From assembly GCA_951406725.2 (NCBI GenBank), contig OX597830.1, positions 4,464,001-4,528,000 of the forward strand: a stretch of 64,000 bases of DNA. Direction: 5' to 3'. The DNA is from Octopus vulgaris. Taxonomy: Eukaryota. The notes beneath the pieces were generated by a model. That model saw only the letters and a list, made by a program, of their open reading frames with translations, was not told where the DNA came from and made no database searches. Made by a program: the position numbers and the translations under genes. This document shows positions 41,981 through 55,941 of this stretch, piece by piece; within the stretch, counting starts at the first letter, position 1; the number at the start of each line of letters is the position of its first letter.

Positions 41981-43813
41981 ACCTAAATATATGGCTATAT
42001 ATTTGCTGCAGTTGTAATGATACCCAACACCGCATAATATTTCACTAAATTTACATATTTTTTGAGCAAGATTGAATGTTATGTAAGTTTATTTCCCTTT
42101 TCGTTCACTCACATCTGTTCCCCCAATAGCAATAAATCCCACCCTATGATAAACGATACCTGTTTTAAGGCGGAGTAAGATAACTGCTAAATTTACTTTG
42201 CTCTGCATAGGCAAACTGTGTACGGCAAGCAAGAACACGGTTGGAGAGAGGCAAGAATAATACAGCATATTTGATAGAAGATATTGGAATTCCTACATGA
42301 AATAAATATGAACCTAAATATAATTTGTGATTTCAAAGAGAGAGAAAAGTCAATGTCCTTCTTTTAATTATAGACTGTTATCAAGACTAATATTTGTCTT
42401 ATTTTTGATTACTGTTCGTTTAAATGAAAGATAATTATATATCATTAAAACCTCAAGAGAGTGAAGTCAAAGAGGGCTTAAGACTAAGCCTGTTATGAAT
42501 TATAGTATAAACCTGTTTAATGTGTGTATAGTTTTATATATATATATATACACAAACAAACAAATTATATACGGTTTGTGTCTACATACAAATGCATATA
42601 TATGTGCCTGTGTGTATATATGTATATTTGTGCATATGCATGAGTGTGTATATGTATGTGTGTTTGTATATGTCTATGTATGTATACTATGTACATATGT
42701 ATATGTAAATATATTTTTATACACACACATAAACATACATGTATGTATATAAATTTTACCCTTATACAATAGAGGCACCAAAAACAACGTAAATAAATCT
42801 TCTATAAACAATGTGTCTGGAATGAGAATGCATGTCTGCTACATGATAGCTCTAATGAGACATTGTGTTGGAGAGTTGGACGGTCATTTGGGCATTTGCA
42901 ATGCATCATCTCTATATATCTTCTATAAATATGTGTATATATGAGTACAAGGCTGGATGCTGTGGGGATCATTCATTAGTAGTGGCTGCTGCTGCTGCTG
43001 ATGATGATGATGCTAATTATATTCATTAGAGAGTCAATTTTATCCATCTGCTCAAAAGATCTACTTCAGATGTTTTCTTCCTATCTTGCAAAAATCACTC
43101 AGTCAGAACTTTTACAAAGTCAGTGTTGCTCTGGGAATGTTCCAGAGACACATTGCCAGCATCTTCTTCCTTGGGCTAAATGCATCACTTGTAACAACCA
43201 GACCAGATCATACAGTCATGAGGTGGTTATACTCTGTTTGAATCACTCCCAGAAAATAATGGCTACTTACTTTAGCAACCCTGAAAATGCAACATAAAAA
43301 TCAACCTTGGCAGCATTCGGGGGAAAGAAGATGTTGGGACGCAGCTAAAATACAACCAAATACAATTTGTGTCTCCACCAATTCTTCCAACCCACCATAC
43401 CATTCCCTCTCCCATCGTTTGTTGAAATACATGCAACAGATGTTTTCTTAATTACACAGTGTTCATAGCCAAATACATTGACCTAATTCAGTGGAAGACA
43501 TCATTATGTGATTATGGGAGAATATAAAAATATTTATTTCAATATTCTGCGAATAGTCATTAATAAAATGATGATTTAGTCAGAGATTAGTGAAAATATC
43601 AGGTATGGTGGTGTTTCTTGCATGCAGACACATCAATCTCTTTAAGCTGATTCTTTAGTCACTAATTTCTTATTCTGTGTGTGTGTCCCCGTCTATGCAC
43701 ACATTACCACACACACATAGGTATGTTTAAGTACAGAAATTCACAAATGTGAAGGACAAATTATTTCCCCCTCATGACATCTCACTCCCTTTAGCTACAC
43801 ACACCACACACAC

Positions 43814-43945
43814 AAGAACTTGGTCATCTGTATACAGAATTTCCCTGAAATAACTAATCCTAAACTTCTCCATTATGGTCTTCTAGAGAACTATTATTAA
43901 CAAAGGGTGACTAAGAACAGAACCCTGATAGACACCTAACCTACC
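43814..43945 (-). pseudogene. Decayed RTE-clade reverse transcriptase core fragment
   Basis: Minus 43936-43814: GVYQGSVLSHPLLIIVL*KTIMEKFRISYFREILYTDDQVL versus the RTE pattern GVHQGSVLSPLLFIIV...WELLYADDLVL. Confidence 0.8.
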
Positions 43946-45752
43946 AACTTGCTAGATTCTTTGATGAACCTATTACAGTTCTGAGCCTCTTATTCAGCTT
44001 CCAGAAATCTAGAATTTCTAGAAATCTGGAAATCCTGTGCAATACCATGCAATATACTGCACCCTGTCTTGAGTACACAGACCCTAATTTTGAAATTGTT
44101 TTATTTCTATATGAATAATAAAAATACTTCTCTTCCTCACTTTTTTAAATGGGTTCATGGAAATTAAACATATCTGCTTTACAAATGGATTAACTTGCAC
44201 TTGTATCTCTTAAATAAAATCATGTTCTTTACTTTTCTTCATTTAATTTTCATCCTATAAACATTATACTCTATACACGGTGCATTGTGTCCCCAATTAT
44301 TTAATGGTTCATTAAGAGACAGGTAGACACAAAAAAATAACCAAAGGGGTCAATTTGTTCAGCTAAACCATTCAAGTAGTGCCACAGAATGGCTGCAGTC
44401 CAATGAATAAGATAAGATACATAATACATACATGAGAGACAGAACTGCTGTGAAATGTCTGAAAAGCAGAAGTAATAAAGACCTGTCCTGCACCATCCAC
44501 CCACCCACCCACTCTAAAAACCAAAAACAGTCAGTGAAAAAATTTTGTGAAAAGAACAATAATGGTGAAAATGATTGCTGGTATTCTGTAAATGTTTTTT
44601 AAGTTTGACATTTAAAGAACTTTTAAAGAATCATGTTTTGTAACTTTTGCTAAAATTACCATTGTTTATTGAAGGAAAATGAGTGACTTTAAGTCATAAT
44701 GCTATTCTTTATAGAGTGATTCTCAACAGAACAATATCTTGTGGACTCTTCTGATATCAATATGGAATCACAGAGACTTTATTGTAGAAAGTTTGTTATT
44801 ATTTATTTAGAACGTAAGCCCACAATTTTCTTACCTCATTGAATAAAACTCTGCGCATAGTAGCAACAAATGATACAAGCATCAATGATACATACTAAAC
44901 TGACCAACAAACCTACATAATAATACATTTCTGTCTCATTCTATCTCCCCACTCTGTATTATTTTCTTCTTTCTTTTATACACCCGTCCTTTCTCTTCAA
45001 GTATGCACATAATCTCTCCTGTATATACAAGAGAAAATGTATGTATGTATATGAGAGAAAAGGCAGCAAGAGAGAGAGACACACACACAGAAAAATAGGA
45101 AAAATGATATATGAGTGTGTGTGTGTGTGTGTGAAAAACATTACATAATCCTAAAGTCCTGTTTCACAACAGAAGACAAGAAGTTTCTCAAGAAATGTTA
45201 ACTCATCACTTTTTCCTTATTATTGTTTAAAAGTACTAAGCAATCATTAGTACTGTTGTTGTTGTTTTCTGTATATCTTTGTTATCTCAAGTGCAAACAC
45301 ATCATCTCTAAATCGAACTTGTTTCTTTTCTTCTCTCATTTTCATTTCCTTTGTTTCTAAAAGACTTTCTGAGAAACAACACTTGCTGATTTCTTTCTAA
45401 AATCCCTTTTTTTCCAAACGTCTTCATGAATCCCAATAATGAAACCATTATTGTTGTTCTGTAATGACCCTCACGTCTAACCCTTGCACTCTTCTATTCT
45501 GAACTGCCAAAATAAAGTAAACCTAGGAATATCACTCCATACAATAACTATATCTGTGATTTTTAATTTCATCCAATTTGTTATATTTTATAAATAATTG
45601 CTTAATTAATTACTGAGTTGCCACTACTTTATTTCCTTACTCTGATGATTATTTTGCGCTCTATTGATCGTTTATGAATATTGGTCTTTCCAATTACTTT
45701 CAAATTATAACTCCTCGCTGCCATCTCTTTCTGTTTCTTATAAGAACAAAGA

Positions 45753-46053
45753 GAGGCACATGGCCTAGTGGTTAGAGCAGCAGACTTGTGGTTGAGGGAT
45801 TATGGGTTTGAATCTCAGACCGGGCGATGTGTGTGTTTATGAGCGAAACACCTAAGCTCCACGTTTTTCTGGCAGAAGGTAATGGCGAACTTCTGCTGAC
45901 TCTTTTGCCACAACTTTCTCTCTCTTTCCTCCTGCATCTAGCAGCTCACCTGCGATGGACCAGCGTCCCATCCAGGTGGGGAACCTATATGCCAAGGAAA
46001 CCGGGAAACCGGCTCTTATGAGCCAGGCATGGCTTGAGAAGGAACAAACAGCA
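45753..46053 (+). mobile_element. tRNA-derived SINE with V-domain-like core (family D), 13-bp TSD
   Basis: A box TGGCCTAGTGG, B box GGTTTGAATCT; CCTGCGATGGACCAGCGTCCCATCCAGG; TSD ATAAGAACAAAGA at 45740 and 46054. Confidence 0.85.
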
Positions 46054-48611
46054 ATAAGAACAAAGAAATACACAGAAAGACTGCTAATTGCCTGAATTAG
46101 TAAAGTGTTGGATAAAATGATGCCTCCTGGCATTTGTTTTAACTTTTTTCATGCAGAGTTCAAATTCTGCCAAGGTAAACTTTACCTTTGATTTTTCAAG
46201 GGCTGATGAAAAGATACTAATCTAAAAAGACAGTTTGGCAGAACTGTAAGAATGCCGGACTGCAGCATGTCTTCCAATATTTATCCCAGTTTTCCGTGTT
46301 TTGACTTCAAATATGGCCATGGGATTACTTGGATGGCAGACTTAACTCATCTCCCAAAATAGCAACACCACCCATCGCATTGAGTATCTTTAGCTGAGTC
46401 ACTCCTGTTGCAAGTACTCAGCTGGGTCTTTGGTTTGAGGATGCACCACCCCCACCCCACCACCAATCTCAAAGGCCCTGTAAAGGGTCATGGGCACTGC
46501 CTTCCTTCTTTCCTGACTTTATGATAACAAAAGTAAACTAACAAGCTAAGTTATGTGTAGGAGAGAGGGGAGGGCATGGCAGAGCATGATTGCCAACATC
46601 TGTGGGTATTATACATGGAGAGAAAGAAAGAGAGAGAGAGAGAGAGGGGGGAGGAAATACTTTATAATATTGATCTAGTTTTAACATTAACCAACCATCA
46701 GTGTTGTTGCTATCTATAGGTATTGAGTTATTCGACATATCTCAACATAATGCCCAACTGCTGGTAACCATTCTACTTATTACTCAGGGAAAATGTTGAG
46801 GATGGTTGTTCCCTGTTCAAATCTGATTATTTGTTGTAATAACATCTGAAGACCATGTCCATCGAGCAACATGTTCATTGAATGACCAAACATGGAAGCC
46901 TTTTATTGCTTAGTAAATATTTATTGACTCCTCTATTGATCATTTAGCCATTCAAGCCTCTGCTCTATCTCCCCAATCAAAATGTATATATGGAAAAAGA
47001 GACAGTTTCGATGTCAAGTCTTTTACTGATTACAACTTTATCTGGGATTAAGCAACTGCATCTTTATTACCATTTTCTGCACGTTATCAGGACAGTTCTT
47101 CATTTGTCTGAATTCTCAAGTTCTAAATTTCTTCAGATGTAATATTTTATATTTTTATGTATTTAAATCTTTGAATTGTGGTATTAACAAAGTAGTTGTT
47201 AAGAATGAAATTTCCAAAGGTTAATATAAACATAAAAATCATTTAAAGATAACTGGAATTATTTCCTCAAATGTTCTACAAATAAAGCTCACACAATGAT
47301 TTAGCTTCTGATAGATTTCACAAAGCCATCCAGTGTTTCTCTAAGTGTTGCTTCTTCTCCTGTTATATGATAGAAAGGTAGCTAGATAACGAGCAAAAGG
47401 TTAATTGACTATCACAGGCTACTATTTCTTGTGTAACAGTAGAGTTAGTGTTTAATGCTCCTTAGTTGCGATAGGATCACTGGCTAATATCCTCTTCATT
47501 TACATTCTGCATAATCATTATACCGAATTTTAATGGAAACCAACAAAAACTCTTAACATACTTAAAGATCTTTTGCCTTTTTTTTTCTAGTTTTTTTCAT
47601 TTTCTTAACTAATTTATGCTTTTACAAATACCATGAACATTCATTCACGATATTTTCCCGTCAAGTCAAATTTCATGAAAATTGGTATTAATGAAAGATA
47701 ATGGCAAAAAGTAAACTTTGGGCATATCTTATTGGATATTAAGAAAGGAGTGTTATTTTAACACAGCATTTCTTAAGCGTAATTCAAGATTGAACACCCA
47801 CCTACACACACATCTATATATAATATGTATTGAGAAGAGTGAGATAGAATCAGAAATGATAACATAATGTTTTATAACAGTTTTCATATTGGTTTCCACT
47901 GCCATTTTGGATATTTATATCTTCACAAATATGTTGCTGTTGCAACAGTTACTCCACTGGCTAATCTTGCTCCTCATAGAGAAAACAAGAAGAAATCCAC
48001 ACACACACACGTGTGCACACCTTGAAAGATATGTATACACATATCCACACATACATATGCACACTTCAATAGATGTTCACATGCACAGAAGGAATTTTGT
48101 AAACTAGAAAATTTTCTGGATGAAAAAAAAAAAAGAATACAAATCTCCCGATAGAAATAAAGAAGAGAGTAATTACTCCGTTATTTCTGTGACCTCTCTC
48201 TGCCAAATTACATATATTTGCTTTGCTCGTTAAGGTTATGTTTGGGATAATTATAAAATTTATTACTTTTGGGGATCTGCTCCAGACACAGAGATAAAAA
48301 TATCTTTGTGAGAGAGGGTTTGTAGAAGGGAGAGAGAAAAAGAGGAGTTAAGATAAGGTTGTGGACTTAACTGACCACCACTACAGCTAATGAGTTTGTG
48401 CTGCTTGATGGTCAAGGTACATAACACTACTAATTGCCCCAGTTTGCCTGGCTGACTAAAGATTGTTTCCATTCTTAATCACAGAGGCTTTGTGGTTAAT
48501 GGTAAGGAAGAACTGTAGAAATAATTGCTTCATAGAAAATCATCAGACCCAAGATGGCAGAGAAAAAAAGATAAAATTACACGCACACACACACTCACAT
48601 CATATAGAGTG

Positions 48612-48670
<59 letters not shown>

Positions 48671-48673
<3 letters not shown>

Positions 48674-48839
48674 AGAGTTTATGAAAAAACAAAAGACGAA
48701 GACTGGTGGTGTACAAAACAAACAGATGCATTAGTATAATGTTCAGGAATAGAAAAAGTCTTTTACATTTCGAGCCTACGCTCTTCTACAGAAAGGGACA
48801 CAGAAAAAACAAGGAGAGAAAAAAGTGTGTGTAGTGGCT
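48671..48839 (-). mobile_element. Penelope-like pLTR/retrozyme unit abutting (TA)n; second copy at 59123-59315
   Basis: Two near-identical copies both start (TA)n-GGGAGAGTTTA; distantly similar to the units at 22871-23331. Confidence 0.75.
48760..48795 (-). ncRNA. Minimal hammerhead variant (CUGUAGA core)
   Basis: Minus strand: CUUU-CUGUAGA-A-GAGC-GUAG-GCUC-GAAA-UGUA-AAAG; consensus with the 59213 copy gives GAAAC-GUA. Confidence 0.65.
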
Positions 48840-49436
48840 GTGTGCATATATGTATGTGTATATGTTTATATGTGTGTGTATATATATATATATATATAAT
48901 GTCTTTATATATGCTTATACATATATACCTATATATATGCATCCTCACACACACATATATACATATATATGTGCACATACATACACACACATTAGTTTTA
49001 ATTATATATTCATGCTTTTGTATTAGAAGTGTGTTCGGTGTGATGTATGTCCAAGGGAGACAACTAGGATAACCAATCCCCACCTAAAATATTTGCACAA
49101 CCTGAGACATTGGTGACAAGCTGAAAGTTGATAAAGAACTGCCATCATCATATGCCAGGTCCTATACACTAAAATATCATACTTCAAGGCATGGTGGTGG
49201 TTCTCCCCCAAAAACCTGGGAATTTGATGTGTAACTTCTGTTTCAAATTAAATTTGTTCTCATGTCTTAGAATTGAAATCCTGATGGGAAGGATTCTTTT
49301 ATTGATTTAATTGTAAAGCAAGCAGAAAATTCTCAACCCTTCACCATTTAATCTGGCTAAAATCTATCTTTTTCTACATTCAAACTGGCCAGATTCAGCC
49401 TCTCTCACCTACCCAACAATGTCATTCTAAATATAA

Positions 49437-49852
49437 ACTCAAAGGGCACAAACCTCCGGCAAGGCAACATCAATGTTCTCTCAACAGTGAGGCAGAGATG
49501 ATTTTTAAAATGAGAATATCTGAAATAAATTTGACTGCTCTCACAAACGAGAATATAAAAAATGAACCCAACTGTTCTCAAAAATTAAGTAAAAAAACTG
49601 GAAAAATAATCCAGAATCCTTGCCTGGTACCAAATCACTCCCAAAATCTAATCAATTTGTGCCAATCATGAAGCCAAACATCCCTGAGAGTTTCATCCAA
49701 ATCCATCCAGTGGTTCTTGAGACATCTTTTATTCATTCAATTGGCCACAAGGGCCTTACAAAGAAAGGAAGTGGTTCTTGAGACATCTTGCCTATGGACA
49801 AACAAACACGACTGAAAACAATACCTCCGCCTTCACTAAGGCAGAGGTAATA
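49437..49852 (+). mobile_element. Helentron-associated (HINE/DINE-like) non-autonomous element inserted in a piggyBac-type MITE
   Basis: 5' AAACCTCCGGCAAGGC; terminal hairpin TACCTCCGCCTT-CACT-AAGGCAGAGGTA; flanks rejoin to match 18269-18497. Confidence 0.6.
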
Positions 49853-51484
49853 ACCACATTATTGAAATCTCAAAGCTATGAGATGATGCATGATTAATTC
49901 AAAACAATGAAATAAGAATTAAGGATAAGCATATTAAAAGGGGTCTGTGAGAAAGCTCACTTAAATAAAAGGAGTCCTTGGTAGTGAAAAGGGTGGGAGC
50001 CTCTGGTTTAAACCATTCCTAAAACTAATTTTAATTACCATAATTAGAATTTATTTCAATATTCCTCCACCCTAAGCCCCAATTCCTTCTCATAATGTCA
50101 GATGAAAGGTTGTGTCTAGCGGAGACAGCCACTGACAGTTTCTTGCTGTTGGTCATTGTTCTTTCCAATTTATTCATTGCTAAGAACTGTTGGGGGTGGG
50201 CAGGGGGCAGGATATGTTCACTGGTGGGTATGTAATTTTGTTTATTTCATATACACTCACATATACACACACACACATTCACATGTTTGTATACATTGTA
50301 AATTGCATGTTTTATTAATGATTAAATGATAACAAAATAAAAAGAAAAGGATAGAAATATAAACATACAAATGAAAAAAATAAATAAGGAAAGGAAAACA
50401 TTGAAAGAAATTCCAAATCGCAATTATGAAGTTAGTTAATTTTTCAAAGAAAGTTGAGTAGAATTTGGACAAAAGATACCATTCTGAGAAAGATGACTTT
50501 AATCAGATCAATATTTCAAAATCATTTCCTTTAAGTAATTTTAATGAAATACGATTTGCATTTGGTTCATCTCTAATTTATTTCTGTAGGAAAAGAAGAA
50601 GACAAGGAGGAGAGAGGAAGGCAGGGTAGAGACATGAAGAGAAAAGATGATGTAATGAAAAGATAGCAAAACAAATAAAAAAAAATTAGTTGTCTAAAAT
50701 GTCTAAAGTGTAACTACCTGAAAAATCGAGAATCTATCGGTTGCTTAGATCAATATTTGTCTGAAAAAAAAGAAAGAAATTCAAAAGACGAACCAATCAT
50801 TGAAAATTGTGCCAAATTGTTTTGCCAGTGTGTGGCTCAATCTGTGATAACATGAAGTAACTGAGAGCAGTTGCAGGGTGGATGATATTATACAAGTTTC
50901 AGTGACATTCTGCCCATTCAAGAGGAGATAAAACTGGCAACCATGGCTCTAAATTTAGCTGAGACTGAATTTGATCAAACTTGAACTAATTTTTGTTCAG
51001 CAATCTATAGAATTGGTGCATTTTAGGGTGCTGCTTAACAGGTAACTTATGTGAAAGACTTACTTCCAGCCACTCATAAAATCTGTGAAATTTATTTATT
51101 ATCTTCACACACACACACACACATATCATCATCATCATCATCATCATCATCGTTTAACGTCCGTTTTCCATGCTAGCATGGGTTGGACAGTTCGACTGGG
51201 GTCTGGGAAGCCAGAAGGCTGTACCAGGCTCCAGTCTGATCTGGCAGTGTTTCTACAGCTGGATGCCCTTCCTAATGCCAACCACTCCGTGAGTGTAGTG
51301 GGTGCTTTTTATATATATACATATATATAAACACACACACACACACACACACACACATATGTATATATTTATGTAATATATATGTATATACACATCTATA
51401 TATATGTATATATTTATATGTAATATATATGTCTATATACACATCTATATATATATATGTATATATACATACATGTATGTGTGT

Positions 51485-51700
51485 GTGTCTGTTTGTCCCC
51501 ACCACTATCGATGTTGGTGTGTTTACATCCCTGTAACTTAGTGGTTTGGCAGGTGAGACCAATAGAATAAGCACCAGGCTTACAAAGAATAAGTCCAGGG
51601 GTTGATTTCTTCAACTAAAAGGCAGTACTTCAGCATGGGGCTTATTCTATCGGTCTCTCCTACGAAACCACTAAGTTACAGGAATGTAAACACACCAACA
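51485..51700. mobile_element. SINE family A 3' half followed by an inverted partial copy
   Basis: 51512-51572 pairs with 51640-51700. Confidence 0.8.
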
Positions 51701-53405
51701 GATGTATGCAAACATGTGTATGTGTGTGTGTTTATGTTAGTATATAAGAAATAAACAAAATGTCATACCCACCCCTAAACATATCTTGCCCCCTGCCCAC
51801 ATCAACAGTTCTTATCATTGAATAAATTGCTTATATATACATACATATATATACAAATGTGTATATACGCATACATATATATGTATATATATTATTTTAT
51901 ATACATGCATATGTATGTATACATACATACATATATATATATATGCATATATACATATGCATATATGTGTGTGTGTGTGTGTATATATATGTATATAGAC
52001 TCATATATACATGTGTGTATATATATATATATACACACACATATGTATATATAGATGCACACATATGTATAGATGTACATCCATATATGTGTATATGTAT
52101 AAACACATTTATATACATATTATATATTGATTTTTATAAAAATATGTATAAATAAATACCAAATAAATACCAAATAACCATTCAGCTTAGAGTTACTTAA
52201 TAATCATCGAAGTGCTATGAGGTACCATATGAGAAAGCTACAAATGTGTGCTTTGGAGGGTTTAAAAGTCTCCTCAAATTTAAACATTGCTTCCTTAAAG
52301 AAGCAAATCACATCCAGGGAGGAATTCACACTTGATTCACTTTCCCTGTTAGAAAGGAAACCCCATTATAACAGATTTATTCCAACAAAATAGCTTTATT
52401 TATGGAACCCTGGATAAATGGCTGAACGCCATAAAAACTGTTGCTTGTGGCTTGCTGTTAACATGCCAAGTAGTTTCATTGTTGTTCTTGACTACACTGG
52501 AATAACTTCTCTTTGCGAAAATGGTCTCTCTGGATTTCTCTTCATCACCAATCAAAGAGATTCCATATACTGGCTATTGGACATCGCAATCCAAATCAAT
52601 TCAAATTTGCCAGGAAAGAGATGTAGATGTTTTTTCACTTGGGTTATTTGTTCTGTGAACCATCTTTTGAATTAACTTCATAAGTGAGCCAATGAGAGAT
52701 AAGAGCCAACAAGAGGAAAGGTTATTGAACTTGCTAGAAATAGAAGACAAATCTTTCATAGATAATGCCTTACAAAAATAAGAAAAGATTGGATGATATC
52801 AGGTAAAATGCACAGTCAATAATTAATAAATAATTAAAGAAATAGATAAATAGGTAAACAAAATAGGAAGGATAGTCACTACTAGTTGATCAGTTGTTTA
52901 GATATGTCCAAGGGTTAAATAACAAGTTTATGATCAAAATAGAAACTACAAATTCATTTTATTGTCTTTGGGGAATTTTGTGAAACTTTTCATCCATTAT
53001 CCAACAAGGACTGGAGAATGTTTCCTTTCTGCAAATTGGTGGAAGTTTCTACTGGTGTATATAAACTTGTTACACTATGTGTGTGTGTGTGTGTCTACAT
53101 ATATATATATATCTTGTTGTATCTTGGGTGAGTCATTATAATAATAACACATGCACTAATTAAATATTACTTCTTTATTGTTAGATAATTTGTTAAATAT
53201 CTAACCAACTAACTTAATGAACATTTGTATAATTTGTTGGTTAAGCAATTAATCAGTTGTTTATCTGTCAAAGTCATTTCATCACTATTTATGACCTTTT
53301 CAATGATTGCCCTGTCTCCTCAGGGTCTGTTTTAAGTCTTTCCAAGAATTGGTCTTACACATGTGTGGTATGGATGTTTATATGTGTGTTAGGCGTGTCT
53401 TTGCT

Positions 53406-53446
<41 letters not shown>

Positions 53447-53454
53447 CAGTCAAT

Positions 53455-53555
53455 CATGCCCTGAGGAGGCCTTTTCCCTTTTTTCAACTTCATAATGCAC
53501 TGTAAAAGAGTAAATGTGGTCGAGAGCAATTAACTGAAATGCAGCGTAGGCAATG
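53455..53555 (+). ncRNA. Type-I hammerhead with long, decayed stem II
   Basis: UGCC-CUGAGGA-GG...CU-GAAA-UGCAGCG-UA-GGCA; begins about 10 bp after (TA)n. Confidence 0.65.
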
Positions 53556-53749
53556 TGAATGATCTTATAAATTTGACTTGATAATGATTAGAAATTGATT
53601 ATTCTGTGCATGTATTCTCCATCTTTTTTTTTTGTATTTTTAAACATTTATTACTTCTCCTATATTGAATATGATTGAAATCTCCATAGCGACAACTGGA
53701 ATTTCAGAGGTATAAAGTACTAATATCGAAAAAGAACCAGCAAGGCTAA

Positions 53750-53850
53750 TACTTATTCTATCGGTCTCTTTTTCTGAACTGCTAAGTTACGATGTAAACA
53801 CACCAGCATTGGTTGTCAAGCGATGTTGGGGTGACAAACACAAACACACA

Positions 53851-53887
<37 letters not shown>

Positions 53888-54010
53888 GATGGGCTTCTTT
53901 CAGTTTCATCTACCAAATCCACTCACAAGGCTTTGATTGGCCTGAGGATATAATAGAAGACACTTGCCCAAGGTTCCATGCAATACGACTGAACCTGGAA
54001 CCATGTGGTT
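53750..54010 (-). mobile_element. SINE family A fragment
   Basis: TACTTATTCTATCGGTCTCTT...GAACCTGGAACCATGTGGTTG. Confidence 0.85.
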
Positions 54011-54226
54011 GATGCACTGGGCTATGTAACACCCAGATATACTTGAGTTTTCAAATAGAGGACAGAAGAAATTAGTTTGCAATTAATATGCACATGGTAT
54101 GCTGTTTAGAAGTCTCTGAGTGTGGATACAGTGCATTCTCACGATCTATTTATATATATATGCACGTTTGTTTGTGTATACATACATGCATACATATACG
54201 TGTATGTAAGTATATTATTTTATTCA

Positions 54227-54441
54227 TTTACTTGTTTCAGTCATTTGGCTGTGGTCATGCTGGAGCACTGCCTTTAGATAAATGAATCAACCCCAGGACT
54301 TATTCTTTATAAGCCTAGCACTTATTCTATTGGTCTCTTTTACCGAACTGCTAAGTTACAGGGACGTAAACACACTAATACCAGTTGTCCAACAATAGCT
54401 GGAGGACAAACACAGACACAAAGACATATATCATCATCATC

Positions 54442-54480
<39 letters not shown>

Positions 54481-54844
54481 CAATGGGCTTCTTTCAGTTT
54501 CTGTCGATCAAATCTACTCACAAGGCTTTGGTTTGCCCACAGCTATAGTAGAAGACACTTGCCTAAGGTGCCACAGGACTGAACCCGGAACCATGTGATT
54601 GGGAAGCAAGCTTCTTGTTTCTTTACTGCCCACAAGGGGCTACACACAGAGAGGACAAACAAGGACAGACAAACAGATTAAGTCGATTATATCGACTCCA
54701 GTGCATAACTGGTACTTATTTAATCGACCCCGAAAGGATGAAAGGCAAAGTCGACGTCAGCAGAATTTGAACTGAGAACATAGCGGCAGACGAAATACTG
54801 CTATACATTTCGTCCAGCGTGCTAATGTTTCTGCCATGGCTCTG

Positions 54845-54848
<4 letters not shown>
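54227..54848 (-). mobile_element. SINE family A with family B (54617-54836) joined in its head
   Basis: Junction GGGAAGCAAGCTTCTT|GTTTCTTTACTGCCCACAAGGGG. Confidence 0.85.
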
Positions 54849-54906
<58 letters not shown>

Positions 54907-55195
54907 TAGGAAGGGCATCCAGCTGTAGAAAGAATGCCACAACAAATTAGAGTTTGGACAGCTCCCTGGTTGACCAGCTTCTGCCTAACTGTCCAGCCCA
55001 TTATAGCATGAAAAATGGATGTTAAATGATGATGATGATGATGATGATATATTTAAGTAACGATATATGGATTCAACTAATATTTCCCTCATTATTTATA
55101 ATTATATATATGTGTGTATGTGTATATATATATATATATGTGTGTGTGTATGTTTATATATATAAAGTGGGAGTGATATAATGTGCAAGTATGTA

Positions 55196-55229
<34 letters not shown>

Positions 55230-55807
55230 GCGAGAAAAATTGAGTGAGAGATAATATGCATGTATGTGTTTGTGTGTGTATATATAATCATCACATTTTA
55301 CTTTTGGTCCCAGTAATATAATTTAGAGATGACTATATTTTAAGGTTGTAGGATCCCTGTATTTTCCCCTCCACTGTTTGCCGTCAAACAGTGCAAAGAA
55401 TTGTTTTGTGGAACAATTTCACGTGAAGGCAGTTTTAAAGTATAAGTCACCTCAGCTCTGTACTGGGTTTGTTTCATTAAAATATATTTTCAAATTAACA
55501 AGATTTCCCAACTGAGTTATATATTTCAACTGCACACACATACAGACATATAATGATGAATTGGAAATATATCTCATTACAAATGTGTGTGTGTATATTT
55601 GTATAGGTGTGTATATAGCAAATATAAATATATAGTTATTTCTGAAGTATTACACTCGCATACATATTCAGATATATATAGAAAATTGTGGAAGGAAAAT
55701 GCACTCCTTTTTAATAATTTCAATGTCAGTATTTATTGCAATCTTCTCTATCATGCCTACATCATTTCATTTTTACTTAAATCTCATTTATTTTCTGTTT
55801 TTATCAG

Positions 55808-55941
55808 ATTGGTGATGGAGCAAGTGAGGGCTTCAGTGATATAGCAATTAGGAGCCGCTTGCCTTTACAATGAACTTTTCAGAAGCGATGACGTACAGAC
55901 TTAGAAAAGCTACTTTTGTGCACATCACCTGCACGAACCAA
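55808..55941 (+). CDS. Candidate spliced exon with 5' UTR and ATG at 55870 (MNFSEAMTYRLRKATFVHITCTNQ, phase 0); product unknown
   Basis: Acceptor TTTTATTTTCTGTTTTTATCAG, donor CAA|GTAAGT, unique non-repetitive sequence retaining CpGs. Confidence 0.38.

Noticed and set aside
42130-42174. 45-bp AG...GTAAGA micro-exon
   Set aside because: Signals of this strength are expected by chance in 64 kb; no recognisable peptide
43999-44035. Palindromic TTCCAGAAATCTAGAATTTCTAGAAATCTGGAA as heat-shock element
   Set aside because: nGAAn spacing is not maintained over three units and there is no promoter context
45753-45825. tRNA gene
   Set aside because: It is the tRNA-derived head of a SINE with TSD; no intact cloverleaf
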